A DNA stretch of 64,000 nt from contig JACRMR010000025.1 in the NCBI GenBank assembly GCA_016214895.1, positions 142,222 through 206,221 on the forward strand, read 5' to 3'. This document shows positions 53,514 through 63,562 of this stretch, piece by piece. The notes under the pieces were generated by a model. It did not search any database, was not told where the DNA came from, and saw only the letters and a list, made by a program, of their open reading frames with translations. This stretch comes from Candidatus Zhuqueibacterota bacterium. GTDB taxonomy: Bacteria; Electryoneota; RPQS01. Each line of letters starts with the position of its first letter. Positions within the stretch are counted from its first letter, which is position 1. The position numbers and the translations under genes were made by a program.

Positions 53514-54686
53514 ATGAAGACGCTCGTAACTCTACTCTGCGTGTCGGCTATGGCGGCAGCCGCCGTGCTACACGTCGATCAGGACCTGCAATCCGCCTTT
53601 GATTCCGCGGGAGCGGGGGACACGCTCGTGATTGCCCCGGGTCGCTACGAGGCGAGTCCGCAGCCCTATTCCGAGGAAACCTGCGGCAATTGCCGGGAGC
53701 ACCGCACGCGCGTTCAGGCTACCGTCGGATTCCGCATCGCGGACAAACCGCTCCGCGTACAGGGAGCGCCCGACGGCTCGACCGTGCTGGTTGCGAATGC
53801 CGGTTACGGCCTGTTCTTACTCAACGCACGCGGAATCGTGATCGAGAATTTGACGGTTACGGGCGGTGCGCGTGACCGCGACGGCAGCGCCACGGACGCC
53901 GCCATCGTCATCAAACACAGCACGGCGAAGATCCACCGCTGCACGCTGCGCGGAAACACGCACTACTTCGATTCCACCATTGTCGGTATCGGGGGAATCA
54001 TGATCCGCGAAGGCAGCGAAGCCTGGATTACGCAGTGCCGGATCATCGACAACAGTTGGGACGGCATTGCGCTCTATCGCGGCGCCACGGCGATGATTAG
54101 CGATTGCGTCATCGACTCCGGGCGCGGCGCAGGGATCGGCGTGACGTGGGACGCCACGGCAACATGTCTGCGCAATCGCATCTCGCACTACTGGAAAGGC
54201 CTCGGCTCGTTCGGAACTTCCACGGTGATCGCGCGCAACAACCTGATCCGCGACAACCTCGGCTGGGGGCTGATCGCGTCCGGCGAAAGCACGATGATTG
54301 CCGAACAGAATACTGTCGTGCAAAACGGCAACTGTGGAATCGCCATCTGGAACCACGGCGCGCGCGGACGCATCGTCAACAATATCTCGGCAGGGAACGG
54401 CTGGCGCAAGCAATGGGTCTGCCCTTGCGTCGGGTTCATGAACCAGGAAAGTGACACGAGCGGAGCGTGGGTCGTGCGGAACAACTTGCTGTGGAGTAAC
54501 GCGGCGGGAAACGTGCTCGGGCACGATGCCTCCGCATTTCTCGTCGCTGATCCGATGTTCGCGGACACCGTTGACTTCCGGCTGCTACCCGATTCGCCCG
54601 CGCTCACGGCCGGCGATACGCTGTTCACAAATGCGGATGGCACACCGGCAGCGTTGGGAATCTGGGGCGGTCCCGCCGCGCGATAA
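53514..54686 (+). CDS. secreted right-handed parallel beta-helix repeat protein (NosD-like)
   Basis: Start at MKTLVTLLCVSAMAAAAV. Repeated I-x-x-N-x-x-x-G-I/L units (IIDNSWDGIALY, VIDSGRGAGIGV, LIRDNLGWGLIA, VVQNGNCGIAIW). Confidence 0.6.
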   Translation: MKTLVTLLCVSAMAAAAVLHVDQDLQSAFDSAGAGDTLVIAPGRYEASPQPYSEETCGNCREHRTRVQATVGFRIADKPLRVQGAPDGSTVLVANAGYGLFLLNARGIVIENLTVTGGARDRDGSATDAAIVIKHSTAKIHRCTLRGNTHYFDSTIVGIGGIMIREGSEAWITQCRIIDNSWDGIALYRGATAMISDCVIDSGRGAGIGVTWDATATCLRNRISHYWKGLGSFGTSTVIARNNLIRDNLGWGLIASGESTMIAEQNTVVQNGNCGIAIWNHGARGRIVNNISAGNGWRKQWVCPCVGFMNQESDTSGAWVVRNNLLWSNAAGNVLGHDASAFLVADPMFADTVDFRLLPDSPALTAGDTLFTNADGTPAALGIWGGPAAR

Positions 54687-54711
54687 CACGATTTTGCAGG
54701 CTGATCATACC

Positions 54712-54735
54712 AGAGGCGACCGCGCGGTCGCCTCT
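54712..54735 (+). terminator. hairpin terminator
   Basis: AGAGGCGACC-GCGC-GGTCGCCTCT followed by CGTGTTATCTCTTG. Confidence 0.5.
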
Positions 54736-54881
54736 CGTGTTATCTCTTGTATGATTATCCAGCTTCCGGAGTACTCCGTGGCGCACGACTCACGGAACAG
54801 AAGGTCCTCTAACAACATCGCGCTCCGCCGGGCAGCCGGCAAATGCGCTCCCGCTTTGCCCCGGCGAGAGCCACTACACGA

Positions 54882-56444
54882 TCACGGGCAGAGCGACGTG
54901 ACCACATAGAATCGAACTTCGGCGGAGGCTCCAATCGTGTCCGTCGCAGTGGTTGAAGCAGGCGGTATCGTCGGTACTACGTTGTCCGCGATCAGCGTCC
55001 ACGCCGCGGGAAACGATGCGTCCAGTTCGACGCTGCGATACACACGATAGCGCTCGTTCGTGCCCGGCGCGGCCAGCCAGCTGATGCGCACCTGCCCGGA
55101 ATCGGCCACCGCGTTGATCACGACATCGTCCGCCGGAATCGCGATACAATCGCACTCATCGGGGATCTCGTTGCCGTTGACGTCAGCACTGCGCCCCAGC
55201 AGGATGTCCAAGGCGTCCGCGCAGCCGTTGCCGTTGCAGTCCGCCAGAGTGTCCGGCATGATCTTGAACACCTCGCCGCCGGCGAGATCGCAAAGGTAGA
55301 GCTCTCCGCTGCCGTCCTCGCCGAATGAACTGATGTCGCCGATAACCCTGGCGCTATCCGGAGCCAGATCGACCGTGCGATTCATGCGCTCCGTGACGGT
55401 GCCACCCGTGTAGAGAAATGTCCAGATGGAATCCGAGCAGTAGTCAGCATAGACATACCGGCCATAGAGTTCAGGAATCCGGCAACCGCGATACACATAC
55501 CCTCCCGTAATCGAGCAGTGCGGCGTATGCGGGTAGTCGAGCACCGGCAGTGTCAACGCGGGATCGTTGCACGTGCATCCCGAGGAGCCCGTACAAAGGA
55601 AGCCTTCCATGCAACGCCACCCGTAGTTCCGACCGCCCGGTGCAACTGCCGTTTCGATATCGACCTCTTCGCGCGCGCCTTGCCCTACGTCGCCGACATA
55701 CATATCTCCGGTCACGCGATCGAAACTCCAGCGCCACGGATTGCGCACGCCCTTGCACCAGAATTCGCGCTTCACGAAATTCGTGTCCGTTGCCCACGGA
55801 TTCGATACCGGTATTGTATAAGGCAGTGGGCGAACATCGAGCCGCAGAAACTTGCCCAAGCGCGTCGTGTCGGACTGCGCGCGATTGCCCGGATCGCCGC
55901 CGCTGCCGCCGTCTCCCATGCCGATGTAGAGGAACCCATCCAGCGGCGAAAACGCGATCATGCCTCCCTTGTGATTCTGAAAACTCCCGCCAGACGGCTG
56001 AATCACGGTGAGGATGAGGACTCCGCTGGATGAATCGGCGAGGTCCGGGTTGGCCGAGACAGTGTACCGAGCAATCACGGAATTGCCCGCGTTGTTGTTG
56101 TAGTGAACATAAAAGTAGTTCGAGTCTGGCCAGTCCGGATCCCAGGCCATGCCAAGCAAACCGCGTTCGTTACCACTGCCCACGGTCACAGAATTTAAGT
56201 CAATGAAAGGCGTAGGGTTAATCGCATTGGTTTGCAAATTCAGAATCTTTATGCTGGCCGTCCATTGCTCGACGATGAAGAGGCGCGTCGAGTCGCCGGG
56301 AGGCGCGCAAACGAACAGCGGGCGCTGCAATCCGCTCGCCACGCGGTTTGTTCGCAGGGCAGAGGCACTGTCCACGGACAGCAAGGTTGCGCTCAGCATC
56401 AGTACCGTGTGCGCGTTTAACAAAGTGCGACCATGTATCTTCAT
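54882..56444 (-). CDS. PQQ-dependent sugar dehydrogenase (sorbosone/glucose dehydrogenase-like beta-propeller) with C-terminal FN3-like module
   Basis: Motifs GLLGMAWDPDW, HKGGMIAFSPLDGFLYIGMGDGGSGGDPGNRAQ, GVRNPWRWSFD. Start is uncertain: ATG 56444 follows GAGG by 9 nt, and the alternatives are 56459 and 56528. Confidence 0.75.
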   Translation of the reverse strand: MKIHGRTLLNAHTVLMLSATLLSVDSASALRTNRVASGLQRPLFVCAPPGDSTRLFIVEQWTASIKILNLQTNAINPTPFIDLNSVTVGSGNERGLLGMAWDPDWPDSNYFYVHYNNNAGNSVIARYTVSANPDLADSSSGVLILTVIQPSGGSFQNHKGGMIAFSPLDGFLYIGMGDGGSGGDPGNRAQSDTTRLGKFLRLDVRPLPYTIPVSNPWATDTNFVKREFWCKGVRNPWRWSFDRVTGDMYVGDVGQGAREEVDIETAVAPGGRNYGWRCMEGFLCTGSSGCTCNDPALTLPVLDYPHTPHCSITGGYVYRGCRIPELYGRYVYADYCSDSIWTFLYTGGTVTERMNRTVDLAPDSARVIGDISSFGEDGSGELYLCDLAGGEVFKIMPDTLADCNGNGCADALDILLGRSADVNGNEIPDECDCIAIPADDVVINAVADSGQVRISWLAAPGTNERYRVYRSVELDASFPAAWTLIADNVVPTIPPASTTATDTIGASAEVRFYVVTSLCP

Positions 56445-56813
56445 GCTCAACAACCTCATGTGTGCGCGTTCGTTCAGATTGAATTCTTTCCCTGCTCTGA
56501 AGATAGATCGATTCGCCACTCGAGTCAATCTCCGCTCCGGAAATTTTCAAAATCGCCAGTGGTGGATATGACGCTGTGACATCGGTGAAGGATCCTTCAA
56601 TGGCGCTGTGGACAAGACGGGGGCTCTGAGAGGCACGACGATGGCTCTGGCGATACTGTATCAACGTCTAACGATATAATAATAATGCGTTTAGCACATA
56701 CTGTGACATGCCTAACCACGCCAGCGGTGCTTTTCTCGCCCCACGGAAATTGCTATATTGATAGATTCAGTAAGATTACCGATGGCCCCGCCCAGCATTC
56801 ACAGGGTCTTTTC

Positions 56814-57977
56814 ATGAGTGTACCAGCGTCCCAGAACTCTGCTCAACTTACCGGCGAGCGCAATCCAAAGGGTGGCAACTCCACGGCCACCCTGTGGGAG
56901 AGCTTTGACCCGCTCGCCGGCAAGAAGCTCGAAATTGTTGGCCCACACGGCGAGATTATCAATCCGAAGTGGTTTCCGCAGGTCGATGACGAACGGCTGA
57001 TCCATGCCTACAAGATCATGCTGCTGGCCCGCACGTCCGATCTCCGCGCCGTGAGCTTGCAGCGACAAGGTCGGCTCTACACCTTGCCGCCGAATATCGG
57101 GCAAGAGGCGTGCGCCGTCGGGAGCGCGATGGCCATTGAACGCACCGATTGGCTCGTCCAGGCCTATCGCGAGCTCGGCGCGCAACTCATGCACGGGGTG
57201 CCGCTCGATCGCTGGTACCTGCTCTGCGCGGGGAGTGAAGCCGGAAACGTCTTTCCCGACGGCATGCGCGTACTGCCGCAGAGCGTGCCGATCGCATCGC
57301 AATGTCTGCATGCCGCGGGCATCGCGCATGCCATCAAGTACAAAGGCGGCTCCGAAGTCGCGATCGTCTATTTCGGCGACGGCGCGACCAGCGAAGGCGA
57401 CTTCCACGAAGCCATGAATTGGGCCGCGGTCTTCAGCTGCCCCGTCATCTTCTTCTGCAACAATAATCAATACGCGATTTCCTACCCGCGCACGAGTCAG
57501 ACCAAATCGAAGACGATCGCGCAGAAAGCTATCGCGTATGGCATGCCCGGGATTCAGGTTGATGGCAATGACTTGTTCGCCGTCTATCGCGCCACGAGTG
57601 ATGCCGTCGCCTGGGCGCGCGCCGGAAACGGACCGGTCCTGATCGAAGCGGAAACCTATCGGATGGGTGCGCATACCACCTCCGACGACCCGACCAAATA
57701 TCGTGATAAGACCGAAGAGGAAGTCTGGAAGCCGCGCGATCCGATTGCCCGCGTCAAGCAGTACCTCCAATCGAAGAAGCTCTGGAACGACAAGCAGGAA
57801 GCGGCGTGGAGGACTGAGTGCGAGCAGCAAATCGAGGCGGCCGTGAGGGTCGTCGAGCACCATCAGGCCAGTTCGCCCGAAGAGATCATGACACACGTTT
57901 ACAAAGACCTCTGTCCCGAGCTGCGTGAACAGCTCGCCGACCTTAAACAGTTCCTCGCCTGGAAGGAGGGGAAGTAA
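56814..57977 (+). CDS. 2-oxoacid dehydrogenase E1 component alpha subunit (PDH/BCKDH type, TPP-dependent)
   Basis: Start chosen at MSVPASQ. TPP-binding motif YFGDGATSEGDFHEAMNWAAV...FFCNNNQYAIS. Confidence 0.85.
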   Translation: MSVPASQNSAQLTGERNPKGGNSTATLWESFDPLAGKKLEIVGPHGEIINPKWFPQVDDERLIHAYKIMLLARTSDLRAVSLQRQGRLYTLPPNIGQEACAVGSAMAIERTDWLVQAYRELGAQLMHGVPLDRWYLLCAGSEAGNVFPDGMRVLPQSVPIASQCLHAAGIAHAIKYKGGSEVAIVYFGDGATSEGDFHEAMNWAAVFSCPVIFFCNNNQYAISYPRTSQTKSKTIAQKAIAYGMPGIQVDGNDLFAVYRATSDAVAWARAGNGPVLIEAETYRMGAHTTSDDPTKYRDKTEEEVWKPRDPIARVKQYLQSKKLWNDKQEAAWRTECEQQIEAAVRVVEHHQASSPEEIMTHVYKDLCPELREQLADLKQFLAWKEGK

Positions 57978-57979
57978 GC

Positions 57980-58963
57980 ATGGCGGTCATGACCATGATT
58001 CAGGCGATCAACAACGCCATCGCGCTTAAGCTGGCCGACGATCCCCATGTGATCGTGTACGGTGAAGACGTCGGTGTCGAGGGCGGCGTGTTTCGCGCGA
58101 CGGAGGGCCTCCAAAAGAAATTCGGCGCGCATCGCGTCTTCGACGCCCCGCTCGCGGAGTCGTCCATCGCGGGAACCGCCGTCGGCATGGCCATCAACGG
58201 CCTGCGGCCAGTCATCGAAATGCAGTTCGACGGCTTTGTACACCCGGCCATGAACCAGATCACCTCGCACATCGCGCGGTTCCGCTATCGCACTCGCGGT
58301 CAGCGTCCGCTGCCCATTGTCGTGCGCTGGCCCAATGGCGGCGGCGTGCGAGCGCTGGAACTCCACTCCGATTCCAATGAATCGATCTACGGCCATATCG
58401 CGGGACTCAAGGTCGTCATGCCCTCCACTCCCTACGACGCCAAAGGCCTGCTGATCGCCGCGATTGAAGACGACGACCCCGTGATGTTCCTCGAGCCCAA
58501 ACGCATTTACCGCGCGATCAAGCAGGATGTGCCCGACGGTCTCTATCGTATCGCCATCGGCAAGGCGAAGATTGTGCAGGAAGGTAAACACATCACCGTC
58601 GTCGCTTACGGTGCGATGATCCGCACTTGCCAGCAGGCAATTGAACCGCTCAGTAAGGAAGGCTATTCGGTCGAACTTGTTGACTTGCGAACGATCTACC
58701 CGCTGGACACCGCGACGATCGTCGAATCCGTCAAGAAGACCGGCCGGTTGCTCGTTGTGCACGAAGCCGCGAAGTCTTTTGGTGCGGGGGCCGAGATTAT
58801 CGCGCGGGTGAACGAGCAGGCCTTCGAGTATCTGGAAGCTCCGCCCGCCCGTCTCTGCGGCAACGACACCGTTCCGCCGCTCCCCAGAAACGAGGATCTC
58901 TATTTCTTCCCGCCGGAACGGGTAGTGTTCGCGGTGAAGAAAGTAATGAGTTACCCGGTATAG
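57980..58963 (+). CDS. 2-oxoacid dehydrogenase E1 component beta subunit
   Basis: 327-aa ORF. MTMIQAINNAIALKLADDPHVIVYGEDVGVEGGVFRAT is typical of E1 beta. Confidence 0.9.
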   Translation: MAVMTMIQAINNAIALKLADDPHVIVYGEDVGVEGGVFRATEGLQKKFGAHRVFDAPLAESSIAGTAVGMAINGLRPVIEMQFDGFVHPAMNQITSHIARFRYRTRGQRPLPIVVRWPNGGGVRALELHSDSNESIYGHIAGLKVVMPSTPYDAKGLLIAAIEDDDPVMFLEPKRIYRAIKQDVPDGLYRIAIGKAKIVQEGKHITVVAYGAMIRTCQQAIEPLSKEGYSVELVDLRTIYPLDTATIVESVKKTGRLLVVHEAAKSFGAGAEIIARVNEQAFEYLEAPPARLCGNDTVPPLPRNEDLYFFPPERVVFAVKKVMSYPV

Positions 58964-59395
58964 AAGTATGACGTATGAACTATGAAGTCTGAAGCAGACG
59001 GTGGTGCTGACCTTCGTGTTCGTACCAAGAGCTTTAGTGTTCGGATCGTCAAGCTGTTTTCAGCACTTCCTCCGGCAAAGCCCGCGCAGGTAATTGGCTC
59101 GCAGGTGTTGCGGTCGGGAACTTCGGTTGGTGCGCATAACCGCGAGGCAGTGCGTGCAAAGTCGACTGCCGACTATGTCAACAAGCTGCAAGGGGCGTTG
59201 CAAGAACTTGACGAGACGTCTTACTGGCTGGAACTCCTTGTTGATTGCAAAATCGTCAGCGCCGCTAAACTGAGACTGCTCGTACAAGAGACAGACGAGT
59301 TGATTGCGATCCTGACCGCGATCCAGAAGAAAGTGAAGCGACGGCTGACGAATTCAGCGTCTGCTTCATAGTTCATAGTTCATCTTTCATAGTTC
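58963..59395 (+). mobile_element. IVS-like cassette: four-helix-bundle gene flanked by 38-bp imperfect inverted repeats built from heptamers
   Basis: The left arm 58963..59000 matches the reverse complement of the right arm 59358..59395 at 32 of 38 positions (hand alignment). The arms consist of four tandem heptamers (NNTATGA / TCATAGT). The element fills the whole E1b-E2 spacer. Confidence 0.6.
58982..59371 (+). CDS. four-helix-bundle protein (23S rRNA intervening-sequence protein / Avd-like family)
   Basis: 129-aa ORF. FSVRIVKLFSALP...IGSQVLRSGTSVGAHNREA....S..DYVNKLQGALQELDETSYWLELL matches the family pattern (R.i.l...lp......i..Q..RsgtSiganiaEa....s..df..k...a..E..Et.yWl.l). Confidence 0.75.
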   Translation: MKSEADGGADLRVRTKSFSVRIVKLFSALPPAKPAQVIGSQVLRSGTSVGAHNREAVRAKSTADYVNKLQGALQELDETSYWLELLVDCKIVSAAKLRLLVQETDELIAILTAIQKKVKRRLTNSASAS

Positions 59396-59397
59396 CC

Positions 59398-60726
59398 ATG
59401 GCACTCGAATTCAAGTTCCCCGATATCGGCGAAGGCATTCACGAAGGCAAGCTGCTGGAGTGGTATGTCAAGCCGGGCGATCAGGTCAAGGAAGGCGATC
59501 CGCTGATGAAGGTCGAGACCGACAAGGTCGTCACCGACATCCCGATCCCCAAGACCGGCGTGATTGCCGCAACCTATGGCGCCGTGAATCAGATTATTCA
59601 CGTCGGTCAGATCATCGCCCTGATCGCGGGCGCCGGGGAACCGCTGACTGACCCCACTGCCGCCGCGCCGCCGCAAGCCGCGGTGGCCAAGGGCAAGGAC
59701 GAACCCGTCGAGGAAACGGGGTTCGGCGTGGTCGGGCAAATCGAAGTTGCGACCACCGACGACTACTTGCCGGCGACCGGCGAGGGCATGGAGGAAACTG
59801 CGCTGCCCGCCACGCACGCTAACGGCGGCCGCATCGCCGCGACTCCCGTCGCTCGCCGCATCGCCCGCGAACTCGGCCTCGACATCACCCAGATTCGCGG
59901 CACCGGCCCGGGCGGCCGCATCATGAAGGAAGATATCCAGCGCGCCCACGAGCTTCGCGGCAAACCGCCGGTCGCGCCCGCCTACACGGCACCAAAGATC
60001 CTCAGTACGCCGGTAAAACCCGGCGAGCGCACTTCGGTCGAAGAGCTCTCACAACTGCGCAAGACCGTCGCCGCGCGCATGGCGCAGAGCAAGTACACCG
60101 CGCCGCACGCCACCGCCTTCGAAGAAGTTGAGGTCTCGCGACTGGTCGCGCTCCGCAATGAAAAGAAAGATCAGTTCGCCGCGCAGGGCGTCAAGCTGTC
60201 CTACATGCCGTTCATTGTCAAGGCCGTGGCGATGGCCCTCGCGCAACATAAGAAACTGAATTGCCGGCTCGATCTCGAAAACAACCGCGTGCTCTATCAC
60301 CACTATGTGAATATCGGGCTCGCGGTGGACACGCCGGACGGCCTGATCGTCCCCGTGATTCGCGATGCCGACCGGCGCAGTATCGTTAACCTCGCGCAGA
60401 CGATCCAGGACCTCGCCGATCGTGCCCGCGCCCGCAAGCTCGCGCTCGACGAAATCCGCGAGGGCACGTTTACGATCACCAACTACGGCGCGATTACCGG
60501 CACGCACGGCGTGCCCGTCATCAACTTCCCGGAAGTGGCGATTCTCGGTGTTGGGCGAATCCTCAAGACCCCGGTGGTCAATGCTCAAGACGAGGTTGTC
60601 GTCGGGCACGTCCAACCGCTCTCGCTGTCCTTCGACCATCGTATTGTCGATGGCGGTGATGCCGCGCGCTTCATCAAGGACATCATGGCGTCGCTGGCCG
60701 ATCCGGTCGGTATGTTAATGCAGTAA
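59398..60726 (+). CDS. dihydrolipoamide acyltransferase (E2)
   Basis: Lipoyl domain (KVETDKVVTDIP), E3-binding domain (ATPVARRIARELGLDITQIRGTGPGGRI), and a catalytic domain with DHRIVDG. Confidence 0.9.
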   Translation: MALEFKFPDIGEGIHEGKLLEWYVKPGDQVKEGDPLMKVETDKVVTDIPIPKTGVIAATYGAVNQIIHVGQIIALIAGAGEPLTDPTAAAPPQAAVAKGKDEPVEETGFGVVGQIEVATTDDYLPATGEGMEETALPATHANGGRIAATPVARRIARELGLDITQIRGTGPGGRIMKEDIQRAHELRGKPPVAPAYTAPKILSTPVKPGERTSVEELSQLRKTVAARMAQSKYTAPHATAFEEVEVSRLVALRNEKKDQFAAQGVKLSYMPFIVKAVAMALAQHKKLNCRLDLENNRVLYHHYVNIGLAVDTPDGLIVPVIRDADRRSIVNLAQTIQDLADRARARKLALDEIREGTFTITNYGAITGTHGVPVINFPEVAILGVGRILKTPVVNAQDEVVVGHVQPLSLSFDHRIVDGGDAARFIKDIMASLADPVGMLMQ

Positions 60727-60732
60727 TTCGTC

Positions 60733-62091
60733 ATGAAAACCTACGACGTTATCATTATCGGCAGCGGCCCCGGCGGCTATGTCGCCGCAATTCGCGCCGG
60801 ACAGTCCGGACTCAAGACCGCGCTCGTCGAGAAGGCCCGCATTGGTGGCTGTTGCCTCAATTGGGGTTGCATCCCGTCGCGCCGCCTGATGGAGTCCGCC
60901 AAGTTCTTCGCGCGCATCCAAGCGCAGGCCGCGGGCTTCGGCATTGAAGGCATCGACAATGCCGCGCTGAAGTTTAGCTGGAAGAAGGCCGTCGCCGAGA
61001 AGGACAAGATCGTGACCAAGCTCGTCAAGGGTGTCGAATTCTTGATGAAGAAGAACGGCGTCGAGGTGATCAGCGGCGAAGCGGAAGTCAGCGGTGCCAA
61101 TCAAATTTCGGTCGCCGGTAACAGCTACGGTTTCCAGAAACTCATTCTCGCCACCGGCTCACGGCCCGATCGCAAGCGCTTCGCCGCGAACTTGCCCGAC
61201 GACTTCGTCGTGGAAATCGACGACTTCTACGCCCGCGCCGACATTCCTGACCGCATCGTCGTGATCGGCGGCCGCACCGTGGCTTGCGAAATGGCCAGTC
61301 TGCTCCGGCTGATCGGCAAACAGGTCACCGTGGTTGCCTCGCAGTCCAAACTGATTCCCGGCATCGATCCCGCGCTCTCCAATTACCTGCTCGAGCGCTT
61401 TCGGAAACTCGGAATCCGCGTCCTGCTCGAATCGCCCATGCCGACCATGGCACAGCACGGAGTGAAGATCGGCGAGGAGCTTATCGAATGTGACATCGTG
61501 CTGAACTGTGCTACGCGCGCCGCGGTCTTGCCGAAGCTGAACGGCATGGTGATTGAGCTGACCGACGAGGGTTTTGTCAACGTTAACGAGTTCCGGCAGA
61601 CCAATCAGCCGCACGTTTATGCCATCGGCGACGTAACCGGCACGCATTACGCTCAGCATGCCTCCGCGCACGCCGGCGTTGCCGTCAGCCACCTGCTCGG
61701 CAAACCGGTTCGAATCAATGACGCGAAGATCCCGATCAACATCTACACCGATCCGGAAATTGCCTCCGTCGGTCTGACCGAGGAGCAGTTGGCCGAGCGG
61801 AATATTCCCTACATGAAGGGCGAGTTTCCGATGCAGGTCAACAGCAAGGCTCTGGTCGAGGGCAATACCGAAGGATTCGTGAAGATGCTCGCCGATGAGA
61901 AATACGGCGAAGTGCTCGGCGTCCACATCGTCGCCGCGCGCGCTACCGACCTGATCTCCGAAGTGGCTCTCGGTGTCAATCTCGAAGCTACGCTCGATGA
62001 CCTGTACGCCGTCGTGCATCCGCATCCGACCGTCAGCGAGTCGATCATGGAAGCGGGCTTCAAGGCCATGGGCAAACCGCTTCACATCTGA
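60733..62091 (+). CDS. lpd: dihydrolipoyl dehydrogenase (E3), second copy
   Basis: IIGSGPGGYVAAIRAGQSG and GGCCLNWGCIPSR redox motif. 452 aa. Confidence 0.9.
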   Translation: MKTYDVIIIGSGPGGYVAAIRAGQSGLKTALVEKARIGGCCLNWGCIPSRRLMESAKFFARIQAQAAGFGIEGIDNAALKFSWKKAVAEKDKIVTKLVKGVEFLMKKNGVEVISGEAEVSGANQISVAGNSYGFQKLILATGSRPDRKRFAANLPDDFVVEIDDFYARADIPDRIVVIGGRTVACEMASLLRLIGKQVTVVASQSKLIPGIDPALSNYLLERFRKLGIRVLLESPMPTMAQHGVKIGEELIECDIVLNCATRAAVLPKLNGMVIELTDEGFVNVNEFRQTNQPHVYAIGDVTGTHYAQHASAHAGVAVSHLLGKPVRINDAKIPINIYTDPEIASVGLTEEQLAERNIPYMKGEFPMQVNSKALVEGNTEGFVKMLADEKYGEVLGVHIVAARATDLISEVALGVNLEATLDDLYAVVHPHPTVSESIMEAGFKAMGKPLHI

Positions 62092-62092
62092 G

Positions 62093-62752
62093 ATGGGATC
62101 AGCGACGACGCAGACGACCGCATCCGCGCCGGTGTTGGCGTATGACCTGCCGGACGCTGAGTTGCTGCTGGAGTCGGTTCAGGCTGCGAGATGCCTCGTG
62201 TGGCAACCGCCGCACACTTGCGTCGTGATCGGCCGCGGTTCCCACCTGGAGGCCGAAGTGTGCGGCGACGCCGCAGCCGCAGATGCTGTCCCCCTCTATC
62301 AGCGGCCCACGGGCGGCTGCGCGGTACTGCTCACCCCGTTGATGTTCGTCGCCTCGTTCGGGCTGTATACGACGGACCAGCTCCCCTCCGCGGAATACTT
62401 CGCTCGGTTCGCGCGGCTGTTGATTCGATCCCTCGAGTCGCTTGGCGTTCGTGAGCTTGCCTTTCGCGGGATCTCCGACATCGCGCTGCGCGATCGAAAG
62501 CTCGCCGGAACCGCGCTCTATCGCAATCGAGAACGCGTCTTCTACCATGCGATCATCAATGCCGGCGGATCCACGGAACTCATGGAACGCTATCTGCTGT
62601 TTCCGCCGCGCACGCCCGATTACCGCCGAAATCGTCCGCATTCCGAATTCGTCACTTCACTCGCCGAACACGGCTATGCGCCTTCCCTCGCGCAATTCTC
62701 CGCCGCCGTCGAACGAGAATTCACCACTGAACTAACGAGACTCCCCGCGTGA
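62093..62752 (+). CDS. lipoate-protein ligase / octanoyltransferase family protein (BPL_LplA_LipB domain)
   Basis: Start at ATG 62093, 2 nt after the lpd stop. VVIGRGS, RPTGGCAVLL and DRKLAGTALY (conserved Lys) motifs. Confidence 0.6.
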   Translation: MGSATTQTTASAPVLAYDLPDAELLLESVQAARCLVWQPPHTCVVIGRGSHLEAEVCGDAAAADAVPLYQRPTGGCAVLLTPLMFVASFGLYTTDQLPSAEYFARFARLLIRSLESLGVRELAFRGISDIALRDRKLAGTALYRNRERVFYHAIINAGGSTELMERYLLFPPRTPDYRRNRPHSEFVTSLAEHGYAPSLAQFSAAVEREFTTELTRLPA

Positions 62753-63180
62753 AACCCGGACTTCATCCCGGTCTGCAGACCAAACTGCACATCGTCATTC
62801 ATCCCAAAATGACCGTGGACCTCGGCGGCAAACGGATTCATCCTTTCTACTCGACCTATACCGCCGCGCATCATGCCGAACTTGCCGCGCGATTGATGCT
62901 CGAACCGTTCCTCGAACCGGACGAAGAGGGGATCGGCTCCGGCTTGACGATTCATCATCACTCGCCCGCGCTGGCCGGTCAGGAAATCGACATCATCGTC
63001 ACCGCCACGCGTTGCCGCGCGCATCACCTCGCGGCGAGTTACGAGATCCTGCATGGCGACCGTCTGATTGCAAACGGCGAGGTGCACCAGGTGATACTGG
63101 CCAAAACCAGAGTCCAAGAGATTCACCGGACCGCGAAGGCCGCGCCGGTGCAGGCCGCTCCCGCTGCGCATAACGCCTAA
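62749..63180 (+). CDS. hotdog-fold thioesterase family protein
   Basis: 143-aa ORF with a GTGA overlap with the upstream gene. The pattern ...YSTYTAAHHAELAARLMLEP...IGSGLTIHHHSPALAGQEI resembles FlK/YbgC-like hotdog proteins. Weak call. Confidence 0.4.
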   Translation: MKPGLHPGLQTKLHIVIHPKMTVDLGGKRIHPFYSTYTAAHHAELAARLMLEPFLEPDEEGIGSGLTIHHHSPALAGQEIDIIVTATRCRAHHLAASYEILHGDRLIANGEVHQVILAKTRVQEIHRTAKAAPVQAAPAAHNA

Positions 63181-63195
63181 TCCCCCAGATTCCTC

Positions 63196-63495
63196 ATGGT
63201 TCATTTCGTCGTACTCTATCGACAACCCGCCGATCCGGAAGCGTTCGAGCGTGCCTACTGGGACACGCACGTGCCGCTTGCAAAGCAGATTCCGCACCTC
63301 GCGGGAATGGAAGTCGTCAAGTTCTGGCCCGGCAAGGATGGTCCGACCAAGTTCTATCAGATGGCTACTCTGAAGTTCGCCGACAAGGAGAGCTTCAAAG
63401 CCGCCATGAAATCCGCCGAGAATGCCGCCGCCGGAGCCAATCTGATGAGCTTCGCCGCCGACATTATCGAATTCTACACCGCCGAGACGGTCTGA
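63196..63495 (+). CDS. EthD family protein
   Basis: 99-aa ORF. MVHFVVLYRQPADPEAFERAYWDTHVPLAKQIP...FADKESFKAAMKS is typical of the EthD/TIGR02118 family. Confidence 0.65.
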   Translation: MVHFVVLYRQPADPEAFERAYWDTHVPLAKQIPHLAGMEVVKFWPGKDGPTKFYQMATLKFADKESFKAAMKSAENAAAGANLMSFAADIIEFYTAETV

Positions 63496-63562
63496 TGGAC
63501 AAGCTCGATTTCTGCGCTCGCCCATCCCCCCTTTCAGTTGGGGATCAGAGGGGGGTGTCGGT

